A DNA stretch of 64,000 nucleotides from positions 64,001-128,000 of the forward strand of contig CAWHCQ010000012.1 in the NCBI GenBank assembly GCA_963827755.1, written 5' to 3'. The position numbers were made by a program, and so were the translations under genes. The notes beneath the pieces were generated by a model. The model was not told the origin of the DNA, ran no database searches, and worked only from the letters and a program-made list of their open reading frames with translations. Below are positions 44,751-55,959 of this stretch, piece after piece (the first letter of the stretch is position 1; every line of letters starts with the position of its first letter). Source of the stretch: an uncultured Gammaproteobacteria bacterium. GTDB taxonomy: Bacteria; Pseudomonadota; Gammaproteobacteria; UBA9214.

Positions 44751-45530
44751 TTATCCGCAAACCGGCATCCAGCCTCCGGGTGGCACGTTGAACTTGTCAG
44801 GATACTCCACTCTGACGAGGTATAGACCCGCAGCGGGGGCATTTACACCTGCCAGGGTCCGGTCCCGGGCTGCGATCAGTTCCGGTATCCAGTCGCTTGA
44901 GTGCTCGCCACGCCCGATTGCCAGCAGGACGCCGGCTATACAGCGAACCATGTGATGCAAGAAGGCATTGGCGACCACATCTATGTAAACAAAATCCCCG
45001 CTGCGCGTGACCGCAAGCCGGTAGACCGTCCTGACCGGGCTGCTCGCCTGGCAGGCAGCCGCCCTGAAGGACGTGAAGTCATGTTCGCCGAGCAGACAGG
45101 CAGCCGCCTGCTTCATTCGCGCGTCATCCAGTCGTGCATATTCCCGGCAAGTACGCTTCCTCAACAGTGCCGAAGCCGTTGCCTGGTTATGGATGATATA
45201 GCGATAGTGCCGCCGGCGGGCTGAAAAGCGCGCATGAAAATCATCGTCCATTTCCGCAACCCAGTGCACACGAACGTCACCGGATAAATTTGAATTCGTA
45301 CCGTGTATCCAGCCCTTGCTGCTGCGGACTGCGTCCGTGTCAATATGGATAACCTGGCCGGTCGCATGCACGCCGGTATCCGTCCTGCCGGCACAGACCA
45401 CGACAATTTCCTGATTCGCAACCTTCGAAAGCGCCTTTTCAAGACTCCCTTGCACGGTACGCTGACCGACCTGGCGCTGCCAACCGAAGAAATCCGAGCC
45501 ATCATATTCAACGCCGAGAGCAAGACGCAT
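44751..45530 (-). CDS. truA: tRNA pseudouridine(38-40) synthase
   Basis: EYDGS..GWQ, AGRTDTGVHA and FLHHMVR motifs; alternative GTG start at 45554. Confidence 0.96.
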   Translation of the reverse strand: MRLALGVEYDGSDFFGWQRQVGQRTVQGSLEKALSKVANQEIVVVCAGRTDTGVHATGQVIHIDTDAVRSSKGWIHGTNSNLSGDVRVHWVAEMDDDFHARFSARRRHYRYIIHNQATASALLRKRTCREYARLDDARMKQAAACLLGEHDFTSFRAAACQASSPVRTVYRLAVTRSGDFVYIDVVANAFLHHMVRCIAGVLLAIGRGEHSSDWIPELIAARDRTLAGVNAPAAGLYLVRVEYPDKFNVPPGGWMPVCG

Positions 45531-45637
45531 CTCAGTACCTGCCACTGACTGCACCAGCCAGTCCCGGTTTACATGAAGCGGTGCGCATAGCGAATGATAG
45601 TACCCTTATCGAACAGACAGCGGGCGTGAACCATGGA

Positions 45638-46315
45638 TCAGAACAGCAGGAAGATACCTGTGCCCAGCAGCAAGGGGATGAGCCATTGCCAGAGGGCCGG
45701 CTGTGCTGCTTCCGTTATGCTGATTGAATCGCAGTCAGCCTGCCCGGCCGTGTCGAGAACTGCCGTGTAAATATCAGCGGCTGCAATACCTGCTGCTGAC
45801 AAGTTTCGACTCACCAGGGAACGCCCGGACAGTGTCCCGTGCAACAGCGGCTGTATCCGGCTGACGGCTTCCATGGACAATACAATACGCACGGCCAAAC
45901 GCTCCCTCGATTTGCGCGACAAAAACGGAGTAAACAGCTGCATCAGGGCAGCGAGCAGCTGTTCGCGCGCGGTTCTCTGCAGCAACAGGTGTACAGCCGC
46001 GACAATAATGACCAGTACCAGCATGCGGATGGCACCCAGTTGCAGGCCCTCGACTGTCGGTGACAACGTTGGGGAAGCCGGGAACAGGTGCTCACCGGGC
46101 GTCCACCAGCCATACACCAGCAGGATGGCCAGCATCAGCCAGCGCAATCGGTTCAGCATGGCCAGCAGCTTGCCCATGGCGGGAAACCCGTTTGCGAGGT
46201 AAATTACGGCGAGCAGAACCAGCCCGGCGATGAGCAATGCCGGTCGTGCGAGTGAAGTGCCGGCAGAAAACAGCAGCAAGCTGACGACACGGATCAGGGG
46301 ATGTATTTCAGACAA
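45638..46315 (-). CDS. Membrane protein resembling an ECF transporter T component (CbiQ-like)
   Basis: HP near the N-terminus, several TM helices, RLRWL, TPG and RERLAVR; a TTG start overlaps the fimV 3' end. Confidence 0.65.
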   Translation of the reverse strand: MSEIHPLIRVVSLLLFSAGTSLARPALLIAGLVLLAVIYLANGFPAMGKLLAMLNRLRWLMLAILLVYGWWTPGEHLFPASPTLSPTVEGLQLGAIRMLVLVIIVAAVHLLLQRTAREQLLAALMQLFTPFLSRKSRERLAVRIVLSMEAVSRIQPLLHGTLSGRSLVSRNLSAAGIAAADIYTAVLDTAGQADCDSISITEAAQPALWQWLIPLLLGTGIFLLF

Positions 46316-48626
46316 TATTGGAAATGAGGGCCTGTGCCTCGCTTTTCTGTTCTGCACTGCCCTCTTCAATCACTTCCTGCAGGATACTGCGGGCACCTTC
46401 CGGGTCTTCCATATCGAGATAGGCTCGCGCCAGGTCCAGTTTGGTGGCTACCTCATCAGCGCCTGCCAGCAGCCCTTCTCCCTGTGCCTCATCCTCGCCG
46501 GCATCGTCCAGGCTGAACTCCAGGCTTTCAGGGATTTCAGCGGCCACGCTGGTCTCTGTATCCACAGTCAGGTCCAGGTCGTCGGCATCCGCGGTCACTT
46601 CGGGCCTGGCGGAGATATCATCCATCCCGGACAGATCCATATCAAAATCGACCGTGTTTTTTGCTTCGCCAGTGAGCTGTTCCGCCGAGCTGTAAAGTTC
46701 ATTACCGGGAGAGAGTTCGTAACCCATTGTGGCAATACCGCTCCAGTGCACGTCATCTTCAGGTGCCAGTTCCCTGTACTCGCTCGCGGCGATATTAAAT
46801 GCCGCGACATTGCCGGCCGCGTGGAACACTTCCAGCAACTTGGCACGGATAGCAATATTATCCGGATCATTCTTCAAGGCCGCTTGCAGCACATCCTCTG
46901 CCTGGTGAACACGCCCGTAAGCCAGGTATACATCAGCTTCGGTCAAGGGATCGTTTGCAACCTCGGACGAGGCCTCATGCAGGACATCCACTGCATCCTC
47001 GGTATACGGACCCGGATCAGTGACAGTGAATGCCGGTTTGTCCGATTTTGATGCATCATCACTTCCCTGTGCGAGCTGGTTATCGAGGGTCGCTTCATCG
47101 TCAAACATACCCCGGCTCCTGCTTTGACGCAGACTGCCCCAGAGAAAACCGCCGAGTAACATGGCAACCAGTACACCAAGCCCGGCAAGCACCGGGTTAT
47201 CCATCAACCGGTTGACGATCCCGCCCGTTTCACTGACTGGCGAATCTTCATCAGCAGCCATGTCGTCAGCGGCCACCTCTTCTTCAGCGACATCCCCGCT
47301 TTCCGCCGCAATACTGCTTTCATCATCGCTGTCAGCTGCGGCTGATTGTTCTGCTTCGCCGGCGGGCTCTTCAACACCGGTATCGAGTGCTGCTGCTTCA
47401 TCGCCGGGCATCGCCCCTGCAGCATCAGCACCTGCGGAATTTTGCAAGCTGGCCAGGGGATCACTCTTCAGCTCCAGCAAGCGTTCCATTCTCTTGATGG
47501 TCGCTTCCAGCTCCATCACACGAGACTGCAATTCTTCGGCCTTGGCCTTGCCGGCTTCGATCTCTTCCGCTGCCAGTGCCAGTTTCTGGCGGATGATCTC
47601 GTCTCCGCTTGCTTTCGTACCGGGGTCACCTGCCTCGCCGCTGGTCGTTGCCGAACCTGCCCCCGGGTCACCTTCAGGTGGTGTTAATTTCAACTGGGAT
47701 TCCGTCGCAACGACAGTCGCGCTTGCCTTGGCGGGCATATCCATGACCGGCTCTTCAACTGCAGCCTTTTGCGTAACTGCAGGTTTCTCCCTTACCGCCG
47801 CCCTGGCGGCATTACGCTTGGCGCGCCATTCATTATATTGCCGGGTGGACTCTGCACGTGCCTGGTTGGCGGTCAGCGCAAGGATAGCCTCCCTGTCCGG
47901 AATCGTCAGGGTACTGCCCGCCTTCAGGTTATTGATATTGTTGTCCGTAAAGGCCTCCGGGTTGGCCCGCAGCAGCGCAATCATCATTTGGTGAATAGTG
48001 ATATCACCGCCAGGGCGCAAACGTTCCGCGATACCCCACAGGGCCTCTTCCCGGCGCACTGCGCCGTAGGTGTTTGCTGTCTTCTTTCCGGCGGGAGCCG
48101 GTCTGTAGGTGGTGGGTGCCGTCTGCGCAGCCGCGGCCGGTCGTATCTGCCTGACCGGTTCAATCCGGGCCGGTACAACAGCCGGTGCCGACACAACCGG
48201 TGCGAGCGGTGCAACGGGTGTTGCCGGCATGGTAACCGGCGGATCAACGAGTACCGTGTACTCCCTCACCATGCGGCCATTCTCCCATACCATTTCCAGT
48301 AAAAATTCGAGATAGGGCTCGCGTACAGGTTCAGAACTGCTGACATTAATGACCGCCATGCCGCGGTCATCCAGGGCAACCTCGAACTTGAAATCACTGA
48401 GGATTTTAGCGCGGATCAAACCAAGGCGCTCATGCTCTTCACGGGATGCCAGGGCGATCTTGACCTGGGATACATCCACGCCCACCGAAGAATTCAGGAT
48501 GATACCGGCTTTCATGGGCTGGTTCAGGGCCGATTGCATTTCAATCTCGCCAAGACCGAGCGCATTCAGACGGATAGACACCGTCAATAACACCAGCGCT
48601 AGCGCAACAGCCGATTTCCTGAACAT
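46308..48626 (-). CDS. fimV: FimV/HubP family polar landmark protein
   Basis: LGLGEI..SALNQP, LysM-like LWGIAE...ANPEAF, EADVYLAYG and C-terminal TKLDLARAY motifs. Confidence 0.93.
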   Translation of the reverse strand: MFRKSAVALALVLLTVSIRLNALGLGEIEMQSALNQPMKAGIILNSSVGVDVSQVKIALASREEHERLGLIRAKILSDFKFEVALDDRGMAVINVSSSEPVREPYLEFLLEMVWENGRMVREYTVLVDPPVTMPATPVAPLAPVVSAPAVVPARIEPVRQIRPAAAAQTAPTTYRPAPAGKKTANTYGAVRREEALWGIAERLRPGGDITIHQMMIALLRANPEAFTDNNINNLKAGSTLTIPDREAILALTANQARAESTRQYNEWRAKRNAARAAVREKPAVTQKAAVEEPVMDMPAKASATVVATESQLKLTPPEGDPGAGSATTSGEAGDPGTKASGDEIIRQKLALAAEEIEAGKAKAEELQSRVMELEATIKRMERLLELKSDPLASLQNSAGADAAGAMPGDEAAALDTGVEEPAGEAEQSAAADSDDESSIAAESGDVAEEEVAADDMAADEDSPVSETGGIVNRLMDNPVLAGLGVLVAMLLGGFLWGSLRQSRSRGMFDDEATLDNQLAQGSDDASKSDKPAFTVTDPGPYTEDAVDVLHEASSEVANDPLTEADVYLAYGRVHQAEDVLQAALKNDPDNIAIRAKLLEVFHAAGNVAAFNIAASEYRELAPEDDVHWSGIATMGYELSPGNELYSSAEQLTGEAKNTVDFDMDLSGMDDISARPEVTADADDLDLTVDTETSVAAEIPESLEFSLDDAGEDEAQGEGLLAGADEVATKLDLARAYLDMEDPEGARSILQEVIEEGSAEQKSEAQALISNIV

Positions 48627-48701
48627 ACCTGGCTCCCCTGCAGTTGACTCTTCCATTAAACCGTAACTAACACCTGCCCCTGATTCAGCGCAGACTATAA
48701 C

Positions 48702-49724
48702 TCACAAATAGTCTTTGACCAATATTTCAGCAATCTGGATGCTGTTCAGCGCAGCGCCTTTGCGCACATTATCAGACACAACCCATAGATCCAGACCTCT
48801 GGGGTGGGAAATATCCTCGCGGATCCTGCCCACATAAACCGGATCATTGCCGGCACCTTCCGAGACAGCCGTCGGATAACCACCATCCACATGCTCATCG
48901 ATGACCACGACCCCTGGCGCCGCCTTCAGCAGGGCGCGGGCCTGGTCTGCCGTGAGTTTATCCCGTGTCTCGATATGCACGGCTTCGGAATGGCCATAGA
49001 AAACCGGAACGCGGACGGCCGTCGGATTCACCCGGATCGAGTCATCGCCCATGATCTTCCGGGTCTCCCAGACCATCTTCATTTCTTCCCTGGTGTAGCC
49101 ATTTTCCTGAAATACATCAATTTGCGGCAGGACATTAAAAGCGATCTGCCTGGGATAAACCTCGGCAACAATCGAATTGCCATTCAGCAACTGTGCCGTC
49201 TGCCCCGCCAGCTCCTCGATGGCCTCTTTCCCGGTCCCTGAAACCGCCTGGTAGGTGCAGACATTTATGCGTTCAATTCCCGCCGCGTCGTGCAGGGGTT
49301 TCAAGGCCACCAGCATCTGGATGGTCGAACAGTTCGGATTGGCAATAATCCCGTGAGTTGTGTAACCGCTGATCGCCTCCGGGTTCACCTCGGGTACCAC
49401 CAGCGGAATGTCGTCCTCGTATCGAAAACGGGAGGTATTATCGATGACTACACAGCCGGCTGCGGCCGCAATCGGTGCGTATTTTTCGGATATACCCGCA
49501 CCGGCTGAAAACAGGCCGATCTGTACCCTGGAAAAATCAAAACCATCCAGATCCTCGACCGTCAGCCAGGTGTCCTTGAAGCGCATCTTTTTACCGGCCG
49601 AGCGTTTACTCGCCAGTGGATACACCTTGTTTACCGGGAAATTACGCTCCCCCAGTATCTCCAGCATGGCCTCGCCTACAGCACCTGTGGCGCCGACTAC
49701 TGCAACATCGTATTTGCCTGACAT
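48702..49724 (-). CDS. asd: Aspartate-semialdehyde dehydrogenase
   Basis: GATGAVG, NPNCST and DNVRKGAALN motifs. Confidence 0.97.
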   Translation of the reverse strand: MSGKYDVAVVGATGAVGEAMLEILGERNFPVNKVYPLASKRSAGKKMRFKDTWLTVEDLDGFDFSRVQIGLFSAGAGISEKYAPIAAAAGCVVIDNTSRFRYEDDIPLVVPEVNPEAISGYTTHGIIANPNCSTIQMLVALKPLHDAAGIERINVCTYQAVSGTGKEAIEELAGQTAQLLNGNSIVAEVYPRQIAFNVLPQIDVFQENGYTREEMKMVWETRKIMGDDSIRVNPTAVRVPVFYGHSEAVHIETRDKLTADQARALLKAAPGVVVIDEHVDGGYPTAVSEGAGNDPVYVGRIREDISHPRGLDLWVVSDNVRKGAALNSIQIAEILVKDYL

Positions 49725-49757
49725 CTTGATTGTTACCTTATTTAGGAGAAAATCCGT

Positions 49758-50841
49758 CTAACCCGCCTGTAGTGCGGCCACCACTGCATCGCCCATCTCG
49801 CGGGTACCCACTTCTCGCATTCCAGCTGAATAAATATCCGGGGTCCGCAGGCCCTTGTCCAGCACCCTGCCTACCGCCTTGTCAATGCGTCCGGCCAGCT
49901 CCGCTTCACTCAGGCTGTAGCGCAGCATCATGGCGACCGAAAGTATCGTTGCCAGCGGGTTGGCAACACCCTTACCCGCAATGTCGGGCGCCGAGCCATG
50001 GATCGGTTCGTACATGCCCTTGCCGTTACTGTCGAGCGAGGCGGAGGGCAGCATGCCGATTGACCCGGTCAGCATGGCGGCCGCATCCGAGAGGATGTCG
50101 CCAAACATGTTTCCGGTCACCATGACATCGAACTGCTTCGGTGCACGCACCAGCTGCATGGCTGCGTTATCGACGTACATGTGACTGAGCTCGACATCCG
50201 GATACTCACCTGCCAGGTCGATCATCACGCTGCGCCAGAGCTCGGAAACCTCGAGGACATTGGCCTTGTCAACTGAACACAAACGCCTGCCGCGCTTGCG
50301 TGCGATTTCGAACGCAGAACGGCCAATTCGTTCGATTTCCGATTCACTGTACACCAGGGTATTGAATCCCTGTCTCTGTCCGTTTTCCAGCGTGCGGATG
50401 CCACGCGGCTGACCGAAATAAATACCGCCGGTCAACTCACGCACGATCATGATATCCAGCCCGCTGACAACCTCGGGTTTCAGCGTCGAGGCATCTGCCA
50501 GCTGCGGATAGAGTATGGCCGGGCGAAGATTGGCAAACAGGTCCAGTTCCGCGCGCAGGCCCAGCAACCCCTGTTCCGGCCGCAGGGCACGCTCCAGCCC
50601 GTCCCACTGCAGGGCCACCTACCGAACCCAGCAGGATGGCATCGGCCGAGCGGACACTGTTCAGGGTGACCTCGGGCAGCGGATGTCCATGGGCCTCGTA
50701 CCCGGCACCGCCGACAGGCATGCGCTCGGTTTCAATATCGAGGCCGAAGTCAGCCGCCAGTGCGTCAAGCACCTTTTCAGCCTCGGCGATAATTTCCGGG
50801 CCGATGCCGTCGCCCGGTAATATAGTTATTTTATGTTTCAT
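49758..50841 (-). CDS. leuB: 3-isopropylmalate dehydrogenase, +1 frameshift near 50610
   Basis: PGDGIGPE in the N-terminal ORF; [19 protein letters not shown] and [12 protein letters not shown] in the second ORF. Confidence 0.94.
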
Positions 50842-50857
50842 ATTAGTTGGTTATGAG

Positions 50858-51518
50858 TTATTCCTGATTACGTTTGTCAAATAGCCAGGGCGCTCGCTGT
50901 CGGTGCGCCTGCTCAAAGGCGCGGATCTCGCCGGCATGCTCCAGCGTCAGGCCGATGTCATCCAGTCCGCGAATCAGGCAATCCTTGCGAAAGCCATCCA
51001 CCTCGAAGTGGATGACATCACCCCCGGGAGTGCTGATCACCTGACCGGGCAGATCAACGGTCAAGGCATAGCCCGGCGCCTGTTGCAGCTCGGTGAACAG
51101 GCGATCAACCACGTCGACTGGCCAGCGCAACGGGCAACACGCCGTTCTTGAAACAGTTATCCATAAATATTTCGGCAAAGCTCGGGGCAATGACGACACG
51201 AAAGCCGTAATCGAGCAGGGCCCAGACGGCATGCTCGCGCGAGGAGCCACAGCCGAAATTCTCCCGCGCCAGCAGGATGGCTGCGCCGCGGTAACGCGCG
51301 TTGTTAAGGACGAAGTCAGGATTTGGAATACGTGCAGCATTGTCCATGCCCGGTTCACCCGGATCGCTGTAGCGCCATTCGTCAAACAGGTTCGGGCCAA
51401 AGCCGCTGCGCTTGACCGATTTGAGAAACTGCTTGGGTATGATGGCATCGGTATCGACATTCGCCCGATCCATCGGCGCAACCAGGCCGGTAAAAGTCTC
51501 GAACTTGTCCATACTCAC
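50858..51518 (-). CDS. leuD: 3-isopropylmalate dehydratase small subunit, +1 frameshift near 51122
   Basis: [13 protein letters not shown] and [11 protein letters not shown] motifs; C-terminal GLDDIGLTL in another frame. Confidence 0.94.
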
Positions 51519-52924
51519 CCCGTCTCCTTGCTGACATCGACAAAATGTCCGGTCACTGCCGCGGCAGCCGCCATCGCGGGACTGACGAGATGCGTACGTC
51601 CGCCCTGTCCCTGGCGACCCTCGAAATTACGGTTCGACGTCGAGGCACAGCGATCGCCGGGCGCAAGCCGGTCCGCATTCATGGCAAGACACATGGAGCA
51701 GCCGGGCTCACGCCATTCGAACCCGGCTTCTTTAAAGATGACATCCAGCCCTTCCGCCTCGGCCGCACGTTTGACCAGGCCGGAACCCGGCACCACCAGC
51801 GCCTGGCGGATGCTGCCCGCAACCTTGCGGCCGCGTATCGCTTCGGCCGCTGCACGCAAATCCTCGATCCTTGCATTGGTGCATGAACCGATAAACACGT
51901 GATCCGGACGAATCTCGCTGATCGGCGTGCCCGGCTTCAGGTCCATGTACTTCAGCGCATTGCGCATGCCCTCACGCCTGACACTGTCGCTTTCCCTGTC
52001 AGGGTCCGGCACCACCCCGTCCACGGGTACCACCATTTCCGGCGAGGTGCCCCAGGTCACCTGCGGCTTGAGCCGGTTGGCATCGATTTCAACGGTCCGG
52101 TCATATTCGGCCGACGCGTCACTGTGCAAGTCCTTCCAGCTGTCCAGCGCACGATCCCACAAAGCGCCCCCGGGTGAAAACGGACGCCCGGCCAGGTAAT
52201 TGATGGTCGTATCATCCACGGCAACCATGCCGGCACGTGCCCCGGCCTCGATGGACATATTGCATACCGTCATTCGGCCTTCCATCGAGAGTCCGCGAAT
52301 GGCCGGGCCGGTAAATTCGATGGTATAGCCGGTACCCCCGGCGGTGCCGATCCTGCCGATGATGGCGAGTACCATGTCCTTGGCGGAAACACCGTCTGCC
52401 AGGCGGCCGTCTACGCGCACCTGCAAGGAACGGCTCTTCCTCAAAATGATGCACTGCGTCGCCAGAACGTGCTCGACATCGGATGTCCCCACACCGAATG
52501 CCAGTGCCCCGAAGGCACCATGGGTCGAGGTGTGCGAATCGCCGCACACCAGCGTCATGCCCGGCAGGGTTGCACCCTGTTCCGGCCCGATCACGTGGAC
52601 AATGCCCTGGCGCGGATCATTCATGGAAAATTCCGTAATACCGAACTCGCTGCAGTTGCTGTCGAGTGTTTCAACCTGCAGGCGCGAGACAGGGTCAACA
52701 ATCCCCCCCGCCCGGTCCGTGGTGGGTACATTGTGATCCGGCACGGCAAGAATGGAATCCGTCCGCCACGGCTTGCGCCCGGCCAGCCGCAGGCCTTCGA
52801 ACGCCTGCGGTGAGGTCACCTCGTGGACAAGGTGGCGATCGATATAAATGAGCGCCGTGCCGTCGGCATCCTCGCGAACAAGGTGCGATTCCCAGAGTTT
52901 GTCGTAGAGCGTCTTGCCGGACAT
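51515..52924 (-). CDS. leuC: 3-isopropylmalate dehydratase large subunit
   Basis: [20 protein letters not shown] and GCSMCLAMN motifs. Confidence 0.98.
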   Translation of the reverse strand: MSGKTLYDKLWESHLVREDADGTALIYIDRHLVHEVTSPQAFEGLRLAGRKPWRTDSILAVPDHNVPTTDRAGGIVDPVSRLQVETLDSNCSEFGITEFSMNDPRQGIVHVIGPEQGATLPGMTLVCGDSHTSTHGAFGALAFGVGTSDVEHVLATQCIILRKSRSLQVRVDGRLADGVSAKDMVLAIIGRIGTAGGTGYTIEFTGPAIRGLSMEGRMTVCNMSIEAGARAGMVAVDDTTINYLAGRPFSPGGALWDRALDSWKDLHSDASAEYDRTVEIDANRLKPQVTWGTSPEMVVPVDGVVPDPDRESDSVRREGMRNALKYMDLKPGTPISEIRPDHVFIGSCTNARIEDLRAAAEAIRGRKVAGSIRQALVVPGSGLVKRAAEAEGLDVIFKEAGFEWREPGCSMCLAMNADRLAPGDRCASTSNRNFEGRQGQGGRTHLVSPAMAAAAAVTGHFVDVSKETG

Positions 52925-53003
52925 TGATCCTGACCTGTTGTTTGCAGTGCCGCCGAAAAAGCGAAATTATATAGGATGTTGGCTATGAAACCATCATTAC
53001 CCT

Positions 53004-54143
53004 TCAGGCATCGGGCACATTGCGAATGCCGAGATGCGTCAGCAGTACCGCGCACAGTGCAACCCCCGCGGCCGCCAGGTACATTGCCTGTGGCCCGATA
53101 CCGCTCCACAGGTAGCCACTGGCGAGGCTGCCGATTGCCCCGCCCGCACCAAAACTCAGGCTGCTGTAGAGTGCCTGCCCGCGCCCCTGGTGCACACCGG
53201 TGAACAAGCGGTGAATCAGGAATATCACGACAATATGGTAAAGCCCGAAACTGGCGGCATGCAGCAACTGTGAAAAGGCAATAATGGCGATATTGTCTGC
53301 AAAACCGGCAACCAGCAACCAGCGCAGCGTGGTCAATATGACCGCGACCAGTAACAGCGCGCGCGTACCGAAACGGGGCAACAGTACCGGCATCAACAGA
53401 AAAACACCGATCTCTGCCAGCACACCCAGTGCCCACAGTTGACCGATAAGGGCGGTCGAGTAGCCCTGGTTCTCCAGGTAGATACTGAAAAACACGTAAT
53501 AGGGGCCGTGACTCACCTGTACCAGGAAACTCACCAGTAACAGGGAAAACACGACCGGGCGTTTCAAAACATCAAACAGGTGCTCCTGTCCAAGTGGCAG
53601 GTGGCCGGCCGCGGATTCCGGCACCATCAGGCTGCTGAGCCAGATACCGCCAAACAGCACCAGCAGCACCCAGGGAAGCAAGGCGGTTCCATAGGCGCCC
53701 AGTACCGGGCCGAGCGCGGCAACAGCGATAATGAAGCCAACCGATCCCCACAGGCGAATGCCGCTGTAGTGATGCGTGTTGATGCCCAGGTGGTTCATGG
53801 TGGTTGCCTCGAACTGGGGCAGCGAGGCATTCCAGAAAAAACTGTAGACCGTCATCACCAGTGCCAGCCACCAGTAGTTATTACTGACAAACACCCCTGC
53901 AAACGTCACGGCTGCCAGCAGCGAGGCAATCCGCACGATCTGCATACGTGCCCCGGTATGATCGGCGATCCAGCCCCATACATTGGGCGCCACGATCTTG
54001 GTCGCCATCAGAATGGCCACCAGCTCGCCAATCTGGCTGACACTGAAACCGAGCGACTTGAGATACAGGCCCCAGTACGGAACCAGTGCGCCAAGGGTGG
54101 CGAAATAAAACAGGTAAAAACCGGACAGGCGCCAGTAGATCAT
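53004..54143 (-). CDS. MFS transporter (HcaT/MFS_1-like)
   Basis: About 12 TM segments; Y..IRLWGSVGF and QLLHAASFG motifs. Confidence 0.88.
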   Translation of the reverse strand: MIYWRLSGFYLFYFATLGALVPYWGLYLKSLGFSVSQIGELVAILMATKIVAPNVWGWIADHTGARMQIVRIASLLAAVTFAGVFVSNNYWWLALVMTVYSFFWNASLPQFEATTMNHLGINTHHYSGIRLWGSVGFIIAVAALGPVLGAYGTALLPWVLLVLFGGIWLSSLMVPESAAGHLPLGQEHLFDVLKRPVVFSLLLVSFLVQVSHGPYYVFFSIYLENQGYSTALIGQLWALGVLAEIGVFLLMPVLLPRFGTRALLLVAVILTTLRWLLVAGFADNIAIIAFSQLLHAASFGLYHIVVIFLIHRLFTGVHQGRGQALYSSLSFGAGGAIGSLASGYLWSGIGPQAMYLAAAGVALCAVLLTHLGIRNVPDA

Positions 54144-54182
54144 GTCACAAAACGCAGGACCGGGGTTTAGACGATGCTGGTG

Positions 54183-55286
54183 CTAGTCCGCAGCACTTGA
54201 GGGAATTACCGGCGTATCGGAGCTGACATCCATGTTCTGTGCCCGGTGCCGCAGCACATGGTCCATCAATACAATGGCCAGCATGGCCTCTGCAATCGGG
54301 GTCGCCCGAATGCCCACGCAGGGGTCATGGCGTCCGGTGGTGACCACCTCTACCGGCTTGCCGTTGACGTCAACGGTTTTCCCGGGGAGCCTGATACTCG
54401 AGGTCGGCTTGAGTGCAATACTGGCGATGATGTCCTGGCCGCTGGAAATACCGCCCAGCACCCCGCCCGCGTGGTTGCTTAAAAAGCCCGCCGGGGTGAT
54501 TTCGTCCCGATGCTCGGTACCCTTTTGTTCGACACTGGCAAACCCGGCGCCGATCTCCACGCCCTTGACTGCATTGATGCTCATCATGGCATGGGCAATA
54601 TCGGCATCCAGCCGGTCAAAAATCGGTTCGCCCAGACCCGGCAGCATGCCGCTGGCGACGACGTTTACCCGTGCACCGATCGAGTTGCCTTCCTTGCGCA
54701 GGGCATCCATGTAGGTCTCCAGCTCTGCCACACGTTCCGGGTCCGGACAAAAGAACGGGTTCTCGCCGACCGCGGACCAGTCCTTCAGCGCCAGCCTGAT
54801 CGGCCCAAGCTGAGCAAGGTAGCCATGGATTTCAATGCCGTAGTGCTGTTGCAGGTAGCGCTTCGCGATTCCCCCGGCGGCAACACGCATGGCTGTCTCC
54901 CGCGCCGATGAGCGGCCACCCCCGCGGTAGTCGCGAAAGCCGTACTTTTGCTTGTAGGTGTAGTCGGCATGGCCCGGGCGGAAACGATCCATGATATTGG
55001 AATAGTCTTTCGATTTCTGGTCCGTATTCAGGATCATCAGCCCGATCGGGGAGCCGGTGGTCCTGCCTTCGAAGACACCGGAAAGAATCTGCACCTCGTC
55101 CGCCTCGCGCCGCTGCGTGGTGTGGCGGGATTTTCCCGGTTTGCGGCGATCGAGATCTTCCTGCAGGTCCGCCGCGCACAGCTCCAGCCCCGGCGGGCAG
55201 CCATCGACGATACAGCCCAGTGCGGGTCCATGGCTCTCGCCAAACCCGGTTACCGTGAATAATTTTCCGAAGCTGTTTCCTGACAT
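54183..55286 (-). CDS. aroC: Chorismate synthase
   Basis: [21 protein letters not shown] and GRHDPC motifs. Confidence 0.98.
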   Translation of the reverse strand: MSGNSFGKLFTVTGFGESHGPALGCIVDGCPPGLELCAADLQEDLDRRKPGKSRHTTQRREADEVQILSGVFEGRTTGSPIGLMILNTDQKSKDYSNIMDRFRPGHADYTYKQKYGFRDYRGGGRSSARETAMRVAAGGIAKRYLQQHYGIEIHGYLAQLGPIRLALKDWSAVGENPFFCPDPERVAELETYMDALRKEGNSIGARVNVVASGMLPGLGEPIFDRLDADIAHAMMSINAVKGVEIGAGFASVEQKGTEHRDEITPAGFLSNHAGGVLGGISSGQDIIASIALKPTSSIRLPGKTVDVNGKPVEVVTTGRHDPCVGIRATPIAEAMLAIVLMDHVLRHRAQNMDVSSDTPVIPSSAAD

Positions 55287-55334
55287 GAAGTTATTGTAAC
55301 GACTCTCGAGAGCACAGTCGCCCCCCGGCTGGAT

Positions 55335-55361
55335 TAAAGCTCGCCGGTCAGCGTCCGATAT
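55335..55361 (+). promoter_or_regulatory. Sigma28-type promoter upstream of small ORF 55402
   Basis: TAAA(55335-55338)-N15-TCCGATAT(55354-55361). Confidence 0.55.
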
Positions 55362-55401
55362 GCTTGCTATAGCTATCGATTAACCCCGCGCGGAGAACAT
55401 A

Positions 55402-55602
55402 ATGGCCCAGATACAGGCACTACGGAATACTTTGCTTGGCGACTTCCTCGGACAACCGATCTACCAGACGATCGAATCCCAGAATCTCACCTACGTTTTT
55501 GATCGCATTGCAGACAATATTGACGGCGAATTCCCGCTCGACCAGTTGAACAAGGACGAACTGCTGGTCAAACCCGGCCTGATCTATCGCCTCAAGGCCT
55601 GA
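55402..55602 (+). CDS. Small hypothetical protein (66 aa)
   Basis: GGAGA RBS, protein-like composition, fills the intergenic gap, preceded by a promoter motif. Confidence 0.7.
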   Translation: MAQIQALRNTLLGDFLGQPIYQTIESQNLTYVFDRIADNIDGEFPLDQLNKDELLVKPGLIYRLKA

Positions 55603-55641
55603 CCCGGGCACACCTTACGGCCGGCCCTGCTGCGGGATGAT

Positions 55642-55959
55642 TCAGTCACCCTGCAGGTCCAGGCCTTCCCTGTGTGTCTGGTTGATCATGTAAAGCAGGC
55701 GTATGCAGGGCAGTTGAATATCCGAAAGCTTCTTCACCAGGCGCATGTAGGGCAGGTCAGTCCGGCCGAACTGATAGCTGCCGTCAGCCATCGATGCACG
55801 CAGTTCACGCATATCCTTCATCAGGACATCCACAAACGATAAATCTCCCTGGTCCTCGTCAAAGGCATACCCGGTTACTTCCCTGATATCCTCGAGCTCG
55901 TCGATTACCTGTTCGATCAGCCTGACATACTCCTGTGCGGTCCTGGCACGCAGCCCCAT
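55642..55959 (-). CDS. Hypothetical protein (105 aa), translationally coupled to prmB
   Basis: TAATG stop/start overlap with prmB; GAGG RBS; helical acidic sequence. Confidence 0.75.
   Translation of the reverse strand: MGLRARTAQEYVRLIEQVIDELEDIREVTGYAFDEDQGDLSFVDVLMKDMRELRASMADGSYQFGRTDLPYMRLVKKLSDIQLPCIRLLYMINQTHREGLDLQGD

Noticed and set aside
52925-53003. Leucine attenuator leader before leuC
   Set aside because: No Leu-rich leader peptide or terminator in the short spacer.
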